Positions 10,076 to 19,187 of a DNA stretch of 64,000 nt are shown here, in pieces. Numbering within the stretch: position 1 is the first letter of the stretch; each line of letters opens with the position of its first letter. The notes below the pieces were generated by a model. It had not been told where the DNA came from. It did not search any database and saw only the letters and a program-made list of their open reading frames with translations. This DNA is from Desulfobacterales bacterium (GTDB taxonomy: Bacteria > Desulfobacterota > Desulfobacteria > Desulfobacterales > UBA2174), in NCBI GenBank assembly GCA_963668645.2, contig CAXXWC010000001.1, positions 480,001 to 544,000 of the forward strand. Reading direction: 5' to 3'. The position numbers were made by a program, and so were the translations under genes.

Positions 10076-12054
10076 CAGTATGGTTCTCCGATAATCTCGT
10101 CCAGCAACCCTTCCGTCTCCTTTTTCAGGGCCAGGATTTCGGCGCGGATCTCGTCGAGAGTCCGCATGGGTTGCGGCTTGTAGAAATAGCGGGTGAAACT
10201 GATCTCGTAGCCGATCTTGACGCTTTCGGGCACGTACCAGGCATCCGGGGCATGCGGCAGGACCTCGCGCTGCAAAAAAGCCTCGATGCCGCCGTTTTCG
10301 GTAAGCGGGATCTGCTCGGTGTCGCGCAGATCGGTGTCCGGTTCGTACTCGACCACGGCGTTCTTGCCGTTCACGGCGGCCCAGTACAGGCCGCGCAGGG
10401 TATCGGCCTCGGTGCCCCGCTTGTGGATCTTTTTGATGACCCGCGGGGCGTCTTCACTGCGGGTGCCCGTCTCCTTGAGTTTTTTGATCTCGGCCGGCTT
10501 GTAGGCCCGATTGGAATCGGCGCCGACGATGCGCAGCGGCCGTTCGACGGTCACCTTCCAGTAGCCGAAGTCCTCGTTGTCGAAAATCTTGCTCTGTTCG
10601 GTTTCCTCGAAGGCGAGAAAAACCTCGCAGATGCGCTGGATGTCGGCTTCGCCCAGCTCGCAGTTCTTCTTGCCCAGGTTCTTGCGCAGGGGCTGGTGCC
10701 ACCCGGTGGCGTCGATGAGCTGCACCCGCCCCTGGCGGTGGACCGGCTTGCGGTTGGTGAGCACCCAGATGTAGGTGGCGATGCCGGTGTTGTAGAACAT
10801 GTTCAGCGGCAGGGCGACGATGGCCTCGAGCCAGTCGTTTTCGATGATCCAGCGCCGGATGTTGCTCTCGCCCTGGCCGGCGTCGCCGGTAAACAGCGAA
10901 CTGCCGTTGTGGACCTCGGCGATGCGGCTGCCGAGCTGGGTTTTGGGCTTCATTTTGGAGAGCATGTTGGATAGAAAGAGCATCTGGCCATCGCTGGAGC
11001 GCGTGACCAGCGAGTATTCGGGATCGCCGGCGTGCTCGATGACAAAGCGCGGGTCGCGCATCTCCTTTTTGCCGCCCATGCGCTCCAGGTCGGTCTTCCA
11101 GCTCTTGCCGTAGGGCGGATTGGAGAGCATGAAATCGAACTCGTGGGACGGAAAGGCGTCGTTGGAAAGGGTCGAGTGCTCCGGGCCGCCCACGATGTTG
11201 TCCGCCGCTTCGCCCTCGCCCTTGAGCAGCAGGTCGGCCTTGCAGATGGCGTAGGTCTCGGCGTTGATCTCCTGGCCGAAAAGATGGGTGGCCACCTCCT
11301 TGCCGTGCTCTTTGGCGAGCTGGTGCAAGGTCTCTTCAGCCACGGTCAGCATGCCGCCGGTACCGCAGGCCCCGTCGTAAAGGAGATAGGTGCCCGATTC
11401 GATCTCGCTGGCGATGGGCAGAAAGATGAGGCGGGCCATCAGCCGCACGGCGTCGCGCGGGGTCCAGTGCTCGCCGGCCTCCTCGTTGTTTTCCTCGTTG
11501 AACTTGCGCACCAGTTCTTCGAAGATCGACCCCATGCCGTGGTTGTCGAGGCCGGGGTGTTTGAGAGCGCCGTCGCCGTTGAAAACCGGTTCCGGACTCA
11601 GGTTGATCTCCGGCGAGGTGAGCTTTTCGATCAGGGTGCCGAGGGCGTCGGCCTTGGACAGTCGCGGGATCTGGTTGCGAAACTCGAAGTTGTCGAGGAT
11701 GTCCTGCGCGTTGGGGGAAAAACCGTCGAGGTAGGCCTCGAAGTCGGCCTTAAGCTGCTGGCGGTTGGCGCGGGCCTTGAGGTCGCGCATGGTGAACCGG
11801 GAGGTGTTGTAAAAGGCCTGGCCGGCCGCGGCGCGCAGGGCCGGGTCCTGTTCCACCACACCGGCCTCGTCGAGGGAGGCCTTCATATGAAGCACGGCCT
11901 GTTTACTGCCTTCCAGCACGGCGTCGAAGCGGCGCAGCACGGTCATGGGCAGGATGACGTCGCGGTATTTGCCGCGCACGTAAAGGTCGCGCAGCACGTC
12001 GTCGGCGATACCCCAGATATAACCGGCGATCCAGTTGAGTCGGTTTTCTTTCAT
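10075..12054 (-). CDS. hsdM: Type I R-M methyltransferase subunit M (N6-adenine)
   Basis: [16 protein letters not shown] (SAM binding), NPPY catalytic motif, FYNTGIATY. Confidence 0.95.
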   Translation of the reverse strand: MKENRLNWIAGYIWGIADDVLRDLYVRGKYRDVILPMTVLRRFDAVLEGSKQAVLHMKASLDEAGVVEQDPALRAAAGQAFYNTSRFTMRDLKARANRQQLKADFEAYLDGFSPNAQDILDNFEFRNQIPRLSKADALGTLIEKLTSPEINLSPEPVFNGDGALKHPGLDNHGMGSIFEELVRKFNEENNEEAGEHWTPRDAVRLMARLIFLPIASEIESGTYLLYDGACGTGGMLTVAEETLHQLAKEHGKEVATHLFGQEINAETYAICKADLLLKGEGEAADNIVGGPEHSTLSNDAFPSHEFDFMLSNPPYGKSWKTDLERMGGKKEMRDPRFVIEHAGDPEYSLVTRSSDGQMLFLSNMLSKMKPKTQLGSRIAEVHNGSSLFTGDAGQGESNIRRWIIENDWLEAIVALPLNMFYNTGIATYIWVLTNRKPVHRQGRVQLIDATGWHQPLRKNLGKKNCELGEADIQRICEVFLAFEETEQSKIFDNEDFGYWKVTVERPLRIVGADSNRAYKPAEIKKLKETGTRSEDAPRVIKKIHKRGTEADTLRGLYWAAVNGKNAVVEYEPDTDLRDTEQIPLTENGGIEAFLQREVLPHAPDAWYVPESVKIGYEISFTRYFYKPQPMRTLDEIRAEILALKKETEGLLDEIIGEPY

Positions 12055-12187
12055 GGTACTTCATGAACGGGGATGTATGTTGAATTCACCGTTATTGGGC
12101 AAAACAAAACCCCACCATCGTGCAAAAGAGCAGGGTCTCGTCGGTGACCTCACATTGAAGCGCTCCTGTGTTTTCAGTTAGCCCTAA

Positions 12188-12216
12188 GAGCTACCAAAGG
12201 TCCGCCAATGTGTCAA
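12188..12216 (-). promoter_or_regulatory. Candidate sigma70 promoter of the hsd operon
   Basis: Minus strand TTGACA-N17-TAGCTC about 135 nt upstream of hsdM. Confidence 0.4.
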
Positions 12217-12384
12217 CCACTTGAGTTTTGCAGCAAGGTCGTCATAATGTGACCAGCCTTGGCACCTGATCCACCAAGCGCCGGATGGGTTGCAGGTTAA
12301 AGAATTTTTTATTTTAAACCGCAGGCCGTTCAACAGCTATTGTGTTATCAATTAATTTGTTTTACATTTTTGTTCAAGTCATAG

Positions 12385-13003
12385 CACCTCCGGCAGAGCC
12401 GGAGGCTTGAATTTGTGAACCGCTCAAAGCGGTTAGTTCATGGGCCACCTCAAAGGTGGCAGGCTCTTTACTTGAAAATCGCCAATTGTTCTAACCGGCG
12501 ATCTTCACTTTCCTGGGCCTGGATATACTCGCGGACAGTCTGCTCGTCTCGGCCGACTGTGGACACATGATATCCTCTGGCCCAGAACTGCTGACCAGTA
12601 AAGTTCCGCCGACGGCCTAAGAAGTTGCGCGCTATGTGGATCGCGCTCTTTCTTTTATGTAGCCGATCACCTGCGCGACCGCATACTTGGGAGGTATCGA
12701 GATGAGCATATGCACATGGTCCAGCATCAGGTGTCCTTCGAGCACCTCGCTCTCCCGGGCTTTGGCCAATTCTCGAAAAACCGCGCCAAGGTACCTGCGC
12801 ACCTCGCCGTATAAGCTCTTCTTGCGGTACTTGGGAATCCAGACCACATGGTATTTGCATTCCCATCGGCTGTGGTTTAAGCTTAAACTGTTGTCCATGA
12901 AAGCCTCTCCTTTGTGAATTTGAGCGGTTCACATCTGGAGGGGCTTTCATTTGTTCCCGTAAATGTCAAACACTGCTGAGTCCCCCGGCATAGCCGGGGG
13001 TTT
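12385..13003 (-). mobile_element. IS200/IS605-family insertion sequence (tnpA only)
   Basis: Subterminal hairpins CCTCCGGC-aga-GCCGGAGG (12387-12405) and CCCCCGGC-ata-GCCGGGGG (12982-13000) flanking an HUH/Y1 transposase. Confidence 0.85.
12468..12898 (-). pseudogene. tnpA: IS200-type Y1 transposase, frameshifted
   Basis: N half CKYHVVWIPKYRKK...DHVHMLISIPPK (12632-12898); C half KSAIHIAR...FWARGY...VREYIQAQ in the -1 frame; break near 12652. Confidence 0.88.
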
Positions 13004-13038
13004 ACCTAAGGGCAATTAAAAAACCAAAGGGAGGCAAT

Positions 13039-13689
13039 ATGGAATGGCTTCCACCTGGTGCAATTATTTTCTTTGGTAGCCTGTTTTGGCAAGTCAACAA
13101 CTGGCTCCACACTTGGGAGAGAGTATCTTTCCGACAAACAAATGACCTCACCGATGGAAAAAACGTCAAAGGAAAAGACATCAAAGGTGAAATGCCTCGT
13201 GACCACCTTATGGGAGTTGCCACATTAATAGCCCTATCTCCGCTGGTTGTGGTGCCACTAATGCGGATCGGAAACGCATTGGAAGCAGTAATATATTCAG
13301 GATACCCAGTTTTAGCCATGATAGTACTAGGCCAGTGGCGTGGAAGGAAGTCTGTTAGCGGAATGCTGTTTTTCGGCGCCCACGGCTTTGAGATGTCGCT
13401 GTTATCATTCCTAAACAAGCTGTCGCATGTCGAATCTTTTGAGACTGCAAAGTTTTGGATGCACATGTGGATAACTGTATCAATAGCGTTTGTGGTAGTG
13501 TTTGCAGGGGCGTTAGGAGGGATGTATAGGATTGATCGAGAAAGGTATGGATGGAGTGCAATGCCTGAAGAGACTCAAATACTTGCTTGTCTATATTCAA
13601 TAAGTGCTATCTGGATGTTGACAGCTGGCTTCCTGTGGTGGGGCCTACCCGCGATACAGTTGGTGATGAAACTTCCTCCTATCATATGA
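13039..13689 (+). CDS. Hypothetical multi-pass membrane protein
   Basis: SD GGGAGG before ATG; 216 aa with about 5-6 hydrophobic segments; AT-rich. Confidence 0.65.
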   Translation: MEWLPPGAIIFFGSLFWQVNNWLHTWERVSFRQTNDLTDGKNVKGKDIKGEMPRDHLMGVATLIALSPLVVVPLMRIGNALEAVIYSGYPVLAMIVLGQWRGRKSVSGMLFFGAHGFEMSLLSFLNKLSHVESFETAKFWMHMWITVSIAFVVVFAGALGGMYRIDRERYGWSAMPEETQILACLYSISAIWMLTAGFLWWGLPAIQLVMKLPPII

Positions 13690-13711
13690 TTTTTCTATCC
13701 ACAAACGGGTG

Positions 13712-13840
13712 TTATTCATTTGGCTGCCAATAGACATTCAAGCCACCAAGCAAATTCTTCCAGATTTCCTCCCGGGCCTTGTTGATGGCATCCAGCGGCA
13801 GGTCGACTTCGATGAGTTTATTACGACTTTAGATGTCCAT
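13712..13840 (-). pseudogene. Remnant of a DUF1156-family methyltransferase gene
   Basis: Own translation MDI*SRNKLIEVDLPLDAINKA|REEIWK resembles the DUF1156 N-terminal signature KKLIEVxLPLxAIN. Confidence 0.55.
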
Positions 13841-13853
13841 GCGGTTCACTTCT

Positions 13854-14960
13854 TCATTGGATGCGAATTTCGTAATGCGTTCCGCGCCCCGCGCCTTTGG
13901 CCTTTGACAGAGCCCCCATTTCGATCAAGGCCAGAATGTCCCGGTAGGCCGTGTCCTGGGAACACTTGGCCAGTTTGCCCCACTTGCTGGTGGTGAGCTT
14001 ACCGTCAAATCCATCGAGCAGGCGGTTGAGCACCTTTATCTGTCTTGGGTTCATCGGGCTGGCGGCGAAACGTTCCCAAAAACGCGCTTTGTCCAGCACT
14101 ACCGCCAACATGCCCTGGGCTTGGGATATAGCGCGCTGGAGGCATCCTAAAAACCACATCAACCAATCGGTTACATCCATGTCGCCCTTTTGGGTACGCT
14201 CCAAGACGGCATAGTAGTCTGAACGCTCTTTTTGAATCTGGGCCGACAGGCTGTAGAACCGCTGCACGGTCCGATCCGATCGCGCCAGGGCCATATCGCC
14301 CACCGCACGGGCTATGCGCCCGTTGCCGTCGTCGAAGGGGTGCAGGGTCACCAGCCAAAGGTGTGCCAGCCCCGCCTTCAACACCTCGTCAATCTCGCCG
14401 GCACCTTCAAACCATTTCAAAAAACACGCGATTTCAGCATCCAGCCGGTCTGCCGGAGGTGCGGTGTAATGCACCTTCTGGCGGTCGATGCGCCCCGACA
14501 CGACTTGCATCGGCCCTGTAAGATCGTCGCGCCAAACACCGACTCGGATTTTTGACAGTCCGCTACGGCCGGTGGGAAACAACGCCCCGTGCCAGGCGCA
14601 CAAACGCTCGGCGGTCAACGGGCGCTCATGATGGCGGGTGGCATCGAGCACCACCTCCACGATACCGTCCACATGGCGGTCCGCCGGCGCCAGGGCTCCG
14701 ATATCCAGCCCCAATTGACGCGCAATGGAGGAGCGCACCTGTTCGGCGTCCAGGCTTTCGCCCTCGATCTCGCAGGTCTTGACCACATCCCGGGTAAGGG
14801 TCGCCAGCCAAGCCTCATCGCGCAGCTTGAATCCGAGCGACTCCAGCCGCCCCAGCAGCCGCCCCTGGTCGTGCCGCACCTGGGCCAGCGGCGCTGCCAG
14901 CCGCTCAAGACCATATCGCAAGGAGGGCCAATCGGGATGTTGCCAAATGTAATGGGGCAT
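13854..14960 (-). CDS. Fic family protein (DUF4172 N-terminus, C-terminal HTH)
   Basis: YIWQHPDWP start, Fic motif HPFDDGNGRIAR, C-terminal KCSQDTAYRDI...GRGTHY. Confidence 0.92.
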   Translation of the reverse strand: MPHYIWQHPDWPSLRYGLERLAAPLAQVRHDQGRLLGRLESLGFKLRDEAWLATLTRDVVKTCEIEGESLDAEQVRSSIARQLGLDIGALAPADRHVDGIVEVVLDATRHHERPLTAERLCAWHGALFPTGRSGLSKIRVGVWRDDLTGPMQVVSGRIDRQKVHYTAPPADRLDAEIACFLKWFEGAGEIDEVLKAGLAHLWLVTLHPFDDGNGRIARAVGDMALARSDRTVQRFYSLSAQIQKERSDYYAVLERTQKGDMDVTDWLMWFLGCLQRAISQAQGMLAVVLDKARFWERFAASPMNPRQIKVLNRLLDGFDGKLTTSKWGKLAKCSQDTAYRDILALIEMGALSKAKGAGRGTHYEIRIQ

Positions 14961-15059
14961 TTTTATTCTCCGCAGATATTGCGGATTTTATCACCTCTAT
15001 TCTCCGCAAATGCAAGCGTTAATCGCATGGCGTCCGGCGCCCAGGCGATTTGGAGGACC

Positions 15060-15102
15060 CAAAAAAATGAAGGGGCCAGCCGGAAATCCGACTGACCCCT
15101 TC
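15060..15102 (-). terminator. Rho-independent terminator after the tRNAs
   Basis: Hairpin GAAGGGGxCAGxCGG...CCGxCTGxCCCCTTC followed on the minus strand by a T run. Confidence 0.75.
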
Positions 15103-15109
15103 TATATTT

Positions 15110-15187
15110 TGGCGTCCCCAAGGGGATTTGAACCCCTGTCGCCGGCGTGAAAGGCCGGTGTCCTGGACCGGGCTAGACGATGGGGAC
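15110..15187 (-). tRNA. tRNA-Glu(TTC)
   Basis: Reverse complement GTCCCCATCGTCTAG...CCGGC-CT-TTC-AC-GCCGG...GTTCAAATCCCCTTGGGGACGCCA. Confidence 0.97.
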
Positions 15188-15203
15188 GAAGACGGCCGTT
15201 TGA

Positions 15204-15279
15204 TGGTGGGCCGTGTTGGACTCGAACCAACGACTCTCTGCTTAAAAGGCAGATACTCTACCGACTGAGTTAACGGCCC
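15204..15279 (-). tRNA. tRNA-Lys(TTT)
   Basis: Reverse complement GGGCCGTTAACTCAGTCGGTAGAG...TCTGC-CT-TTT-AA-GCAGA...GTTCGAGTCCAACACGGCCCACCA. Confidence 0.97.
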
Positions 15280-15297
15280 GCGCCCAGTAAAAAGACG

Positions 15298-15326
15298 CTT
15301 TTAGCCGCCATCGGATGCCTTGTCAA
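15298..15326 (-). promoter_or_regulatory. Candidate tRNA promoter
   Basis: Minus strand TTGACA-N17-TAAAAG just upstream of tRNA-Lys. Confidence 0.55.
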
Positions 15327-15339
15327 GGAAAATCAGCAC

Positions 15340-16788
15340 CTACTTGCGCCAAAATTCCGGCACGAGCAAGATCAGCACGGTAAAAACCTCCAGCCGGCCC
15401 AGCAGCATGCACCAGATCAAGAGCCATTTGCCCGCCATGGGAATATGGGCGAAATTTTCCACCGGGCCTACCGAACCAAACCCGGGGCCGATATTGCCAA
15501 GGGTGGCGGCCACAGCGCCGAAGCTGGTGATGAAATCGACCCCCATCCAGGCCAGCACCACGCTGGCCAAGGCGAAAATACCCACGTAGAGCGCCAAAAA
15601 TCCCATCACTGAACGCATCACGTCCTCCGGGACCGCGCGCCCGGCGATCTTGACATGCGTCACCGCGTGGGGGTGCACCAGGGTAAACAGCTCCCGGTAG
15701 CAGTACTTGAAGCAGAGCATGACCCGCAGGCACTTGATCCCCCCCCCGGTGGATCCGGCGCTGGCCCCGATGAACATGCACAGCAGCAGGATGAGCTGGC
15801 TCATGGCGGGCCATTTTTCGTAATCGGCCGTGGCATACCCGGTGGTGGTAAGAATCGACACCACCTGGAAGGCCCCGTAGCGCAGGGCATCGCCGACTCC
15901 CTGGTAGACCTCGCGCCAAAGATCGAAGCTCACCAGCAGGACCAGCAGCGACACCGCCGCGAGAAAGAAGCGGCACTCCGGATCGCGCCAGAAGGCCAGC
16001 GTCTTGCCGCGCAAGAACTGATAGTGCAACGAAAAGTTGATTCCGGCCAGGACCATGAAGATCAAAATCACCGCATCAATGTAGACGCTGTCATAGCCGG
16101 CCACCGAAGCATTGCGGGTGGAAAAGCCGCCGGTGGGCATGGTGGTGAAGGTGTGGCAGAGAGCGTCGTAGAGGCTCATCCCGCCCATAAGCAGGCAGAC
16201 CACCTCGGCGGCACTGATCAACAGGTAGACCTTCCACATGATCCGGGCCGTGTCGCGGATCCGCGGCTTGAGCTTGTCCGGCACCGGGCTGGGCACCTCG
16301 GCCTTGTAAAGCTGCATCCCGCCGACTCCGAGAAAGGGCAGGATGGCCACCGAGAGAACGATGATCCCCATGCCGCCGAGCCACTGGATCAGGCTGCGCC
16401 AGAAGAGCAGCCCTTTGGAAACCGCCTCGATGTCGGTCAGTACGGACGAGCCGGTGGTGGTGAACCCGGATACCGATTCGAAAAAAGCATCGGTGAAGCT
16501 GTCGAACCCGTCGCCGAAGTAAAACGGCAGGGCACCGAAAATCCCCGCCAGGGTCCAGCCGATGGCCACGATGGCCATCCCCTCGCGCTGGCTGATGGTC
16601 TCCATGCGGCTGCGGCCCACGGCCAGATACATCAACAAGCCGGCCCCCACGGTGATGGCCATGGCCTTGATCAGAGCCTCAGGACTCGGGTCGTGGTAAA
16701 AGAGACCCACAGTGAGCGGCAGCGCCATGCTCAGCCCCAAAAAGACCAGCAGCAGGCCTACCACGTTCAGAATCGGGCGCCAGCGCAC
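15340..16788 (-). CDS. trkH: Trk potassium uptake membrane protein
   Basis: FESVSGFTTTG, QWLGGMGI, GSTGGGIK, LGNIGPG, LGRLEVF. Confidence 0.95.
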   Translation of the reverse strand: MRWRPILNVVGLLLVFLGLSMALPLTVGLFYHDPSPEALIKAMAITVGAGLLMYLAVGRSRMETISQREGMAIVAIGWTLAGIFGALPFYFGDGFDSFTDAFFESVSGFTTTGSSVLTDIEAVSKGLLFWRSLIQWLGGMGIIVLSVAILPFLGVGGMQLYKAEVPSPVPDKLKPRIRDTARIMWKVYLLISAAEVVCLLMGGMSLYDALCHTFTTMPTGGFSTRNASVAGYDSVYIDAVILIFMVLAGINFSLHYQFLRGKTLAFWRDPECRFFLAAVSLLVLLVSFDLWREVYQGVGDALRYGAFQVVSILTTTGYATADYEKWPAMSQLILLLCMFIGASAGSTGGGIKCLRVMLCFKYCYRELFTLVHPHAVTHVKIAGRAVPEDVMRSVMGFLALYVGIFALASVVLAWMGVDFITSFGAVAATLGNIGPGFGSVGPVENFAHIPMAGKWLLIWCMLLGRLEVFTVLILLVPEFWRK

Positions 16789-18152
16789 TAGAAGTACTCC
16801 AGTTTTACGGAGAGAATCTTCTCGATCTTGGAGATGGCCTCACGCCGGGCAAAGATGATGATGCGGTCATCGGGCGCAATCACGCTTTCGCCGGTGGGAA
16901 TGATGACCTCGTCGCCGCGGATGATGCCCGTCACCAGACTCCCGCGGGGAAAGTCGATCCGGCGCAGCGGCTGGCCCACGATCTCCGAGGTCTCCAGGGC
17001 CACGGCTTCCATCACCTCGGCCTGTTCGCCCTTGATCGAAACCGCCGAGAGCACCTTGCCGCGGCGGATATGCTGGAGAATGGAATTGATGGCCGACAGG
17101 CGCGGGCTGACCACGTGGTCCAGGCCGATGGCCGACATGAGCGGCAGATAGCTGAACTTGTTGATCAGGGTGATCGTTTTTCTCGCCCCGAGGCGGCGGG
17201 CCAGCAGCGAGGATAGGATGTTGGTTTCCTCGTCGCCGGTCAGCGTGATCACCAGGTCGATATCCTGGACGTTCTCCTCGGTGAGCAGGGCCTGGTCGCT
17301 GCCGTCGCCGTGCAGCACGATCACCTTGTTGAGCCGTTCGGCCAGCACGCGGCAACGCTCGGGATCGCGCTCGACGATCTTGGTGTAAATCCCGTTTTCC
17401 TCCATCCGCCGGGCCAGGCGCATCCCGATGCGCCCGCCGCCGATGATCATTGTGCGCCGGATCGGCTGGGCCCGTTTGGCGAAGATTTCCAGAGTCTGGT
17501 GCAGGACCTGCTCCTCGCTGATAAAGTAGACCAGATCCCCGGCCAGCAGGCGATCGTTGCCGCGCGGAATGATCAATTTCTCTTCGCGCACCACGGCGGC
17601 GATGAGCAGCCGCCTTCCTTCGAGGATCTGGGGCAGATCGATGAGCCGCGCCCCGGCCAAAACCGAATTGGCATCCAAGGGGATGCCCACGAACTTGACC
17701 CGTCCGTCGGCGAACTCGTTGACGTCCACCGCCCCGGGGACCTTCATCATGCGCTCGATGGTCTTGACGACCTCCACCTCGGGGTTGATGACGGTGTCGA
17801 TATGCGGCGAGTGGTCGCGGAAACGGTCGGTGAAGGCGTCGAACCCGGCCCCGCGGATGCGGGCCAGCTTGAGGGTCGAAGGCGAGATCAAGTCGGCCAT
17901 GAGGCAGGCCACCAGGTTGGTCTCGTCGCTGTTGGTCACGGCCAGCAGGATCTCGGCACCGTGGATGCCGGCCTCCTCGAGAGTCACCGGGCTGGAGCCC
18001 GAACCGACCAGGACCTGGACGTCGATGCTATCCGACACCCGCCGGGTCGCCTCGGCCTTGGCATCGATCACCACCACATCCTTGTCTTCCGAAGCCAGGT
18101 GGCTGGCGATGTGAAATCCCACCTCCCCGGCGCCCACGATAATGATCTTCAC
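16788..18152 (-). CDS. trkA: Trk potassium uptake NAD-binding protein
   Basis: Two RCK domains: IIIVGAGEVG and IIGGGRIG. Confidence 0.95.
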   Translation of the reverse strand: MKIIIVGAGEVGFHIASHLASEDKDVVVIDAKAEATRRVSDSIDVQVLVGSGSSPVTLEEAGIHGAEILLAVTNSDETNLVACLMADLISPSTLKLARIRGAGFDAFTDRFRDHSPHIDTVINPEVEVVKTIERMMKVPGAVDVNEFADGRVKFVGIPLDANSVLAGARLIDLPQILEGRRLLIAAVVREEKLIIPRGNDRLLAGDLVYFISEEQVLHQTLEIFAKRAQPIRRTMIIGGGRIGMRLARRMEENGIYTKIVERDPERCRVLAERLNKVIVLHGDGSDQALLTEENVQDIDLVITLTGDEETNILSSLLARRLGARKTITLINKFSYLPLMSAIGLDHVVSPRLSAINSILQHIRRGKVLSAVSIKGEQAEVMEAVALETSEIVGQPLRRIDFPRGSLVTGIIRGDEVIIPTGESVIAPDDRIIIFARREAISKIEKILSVKLEYF

Positions 18153-18431
18153 GTCCGACTCCCTTTCGAGATCACTGTTGGTGGCCCATTTGCGCGCCGG
18201 TAGGTCTACTAGACTCCCCCATACGTGTCAATCGATGGAAGCGGCCCCAGTCTTCAACGTCCCTGCGGGCGGCCGAGAGGCCGGTCCCGTTTCGAGCCCA
18301 AGGCATTGTTGAACAACCATATTTAACAGGAGCGGCAAGATGATGGCCTTCGGCCCGCAGTTCAGGATAGGGTCAGCTTTTTGCTTGAATCCTGAGTGCC
18401 CGAGGCCAACTGAGACGGCACGCCGGCCCCC

Positions 18432-19187
18432 TTACAGCAAGACAGCCGCAAGGCAGGCCAATCCGACCGCTACGATACAGGCCGCGTCGCGAGCGGTGGC
18501 TTCCAGGGGGGGATCGACCCGTTCCTCGGTGTAACAGCGGGCCTCCATGGCCAGGGTCAACCGGTCGGCTCGCAGCAGGGTGCGGCGCATCAACCCGATG
18601 CTGAAAAGCGACAGGCGCCGGACCGGATTGCGGCACGCCTCGATACCGCGTGCGCGCTGGGCATCGCGGGTTTCGGCGGCCTGCTGAAGAATCTCGGGGA
18701 TAAAGCGCACCAAAAGGCCCATCATGGTGGCGGCCCGGCGGGCCGGAATCCCCGGCATGGGGCCCAGACACCAGGCCACCGCGGCCCGCACCGCCCAGCT
18801 GCGGGTCGTGGCGGTGAACAGCGCACCACCCAACACCACCACCAGGATGCGCCAGACAAAGACGCCGCCCTCGACAGCGCCTTGGCGGCTGAGGCTGAAC
18901 CAACCGGCCGAAAAAATGGGGTCTCCGGGAATCATCCAGGCGCGCACCAGGGCCACCAGCCCCAGCATGATCAGAAAAGGGCCCAGGGCGGCAAGCAGGC
19001 GTCCCAATTCCAGGCGAACATCCAAAACGGCCGCCAATATCAGCCCCGAGAGCAGGATCAGGCCGGTGGGCGCGGCCAGGCTGGCGGCCATGCCCACCAG
19101 GGCCAGGGCGCCGATCTTGAAGCGCGCATCCAGCCGGTGAAGGCGGCTCGTACCCGGACGAAACCCGATGGGATTCAGCTCAGCCAC
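18432..19187 (-). CDS. ECF transporter T component (BioN/CbiQ family)
   Basis: LHRLDARFK, AQRARG, AMEARCY motifs. Confidence 0.9.
   Translation of the reverse strand: MAELNPIGFRPGTSRLHRLDARFKIGALALVGMAASLAAPTGLILLSGLILAAVLDVRLELGRLLAALGPFLIMLGLVALVRAWMIPGDPIFSAGWFSLSRQGAVEGGVFVWRILVVVLGGALFTATTRSWAVRAAVAWCLGPMPGIPARRAATMMGLLVRFIPEILQQAAETRDAQRARGIEACRNPVRRLSLFSIGLMRRTLLRADRLTLAMEARCYTEERVDPPLEATARDAACIVAVGLACLAAVLL

Noticed and set aside
6550..13781. Both inferred deletion junctions (RhuM and DUF1156 scars) contain CAAGGCCC on the minus strand
   Set aside because: The junction positions are only inferred and this 8-mer recurs in ordinary coding sequence; chance cannot be excluded
15021..15050. 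TGGCGTCC matching the tRNA-Glu 3' end as a possible att site
   Set aside because: Only 8 bp, 80 bp from the tRNA, and no integrase in the window
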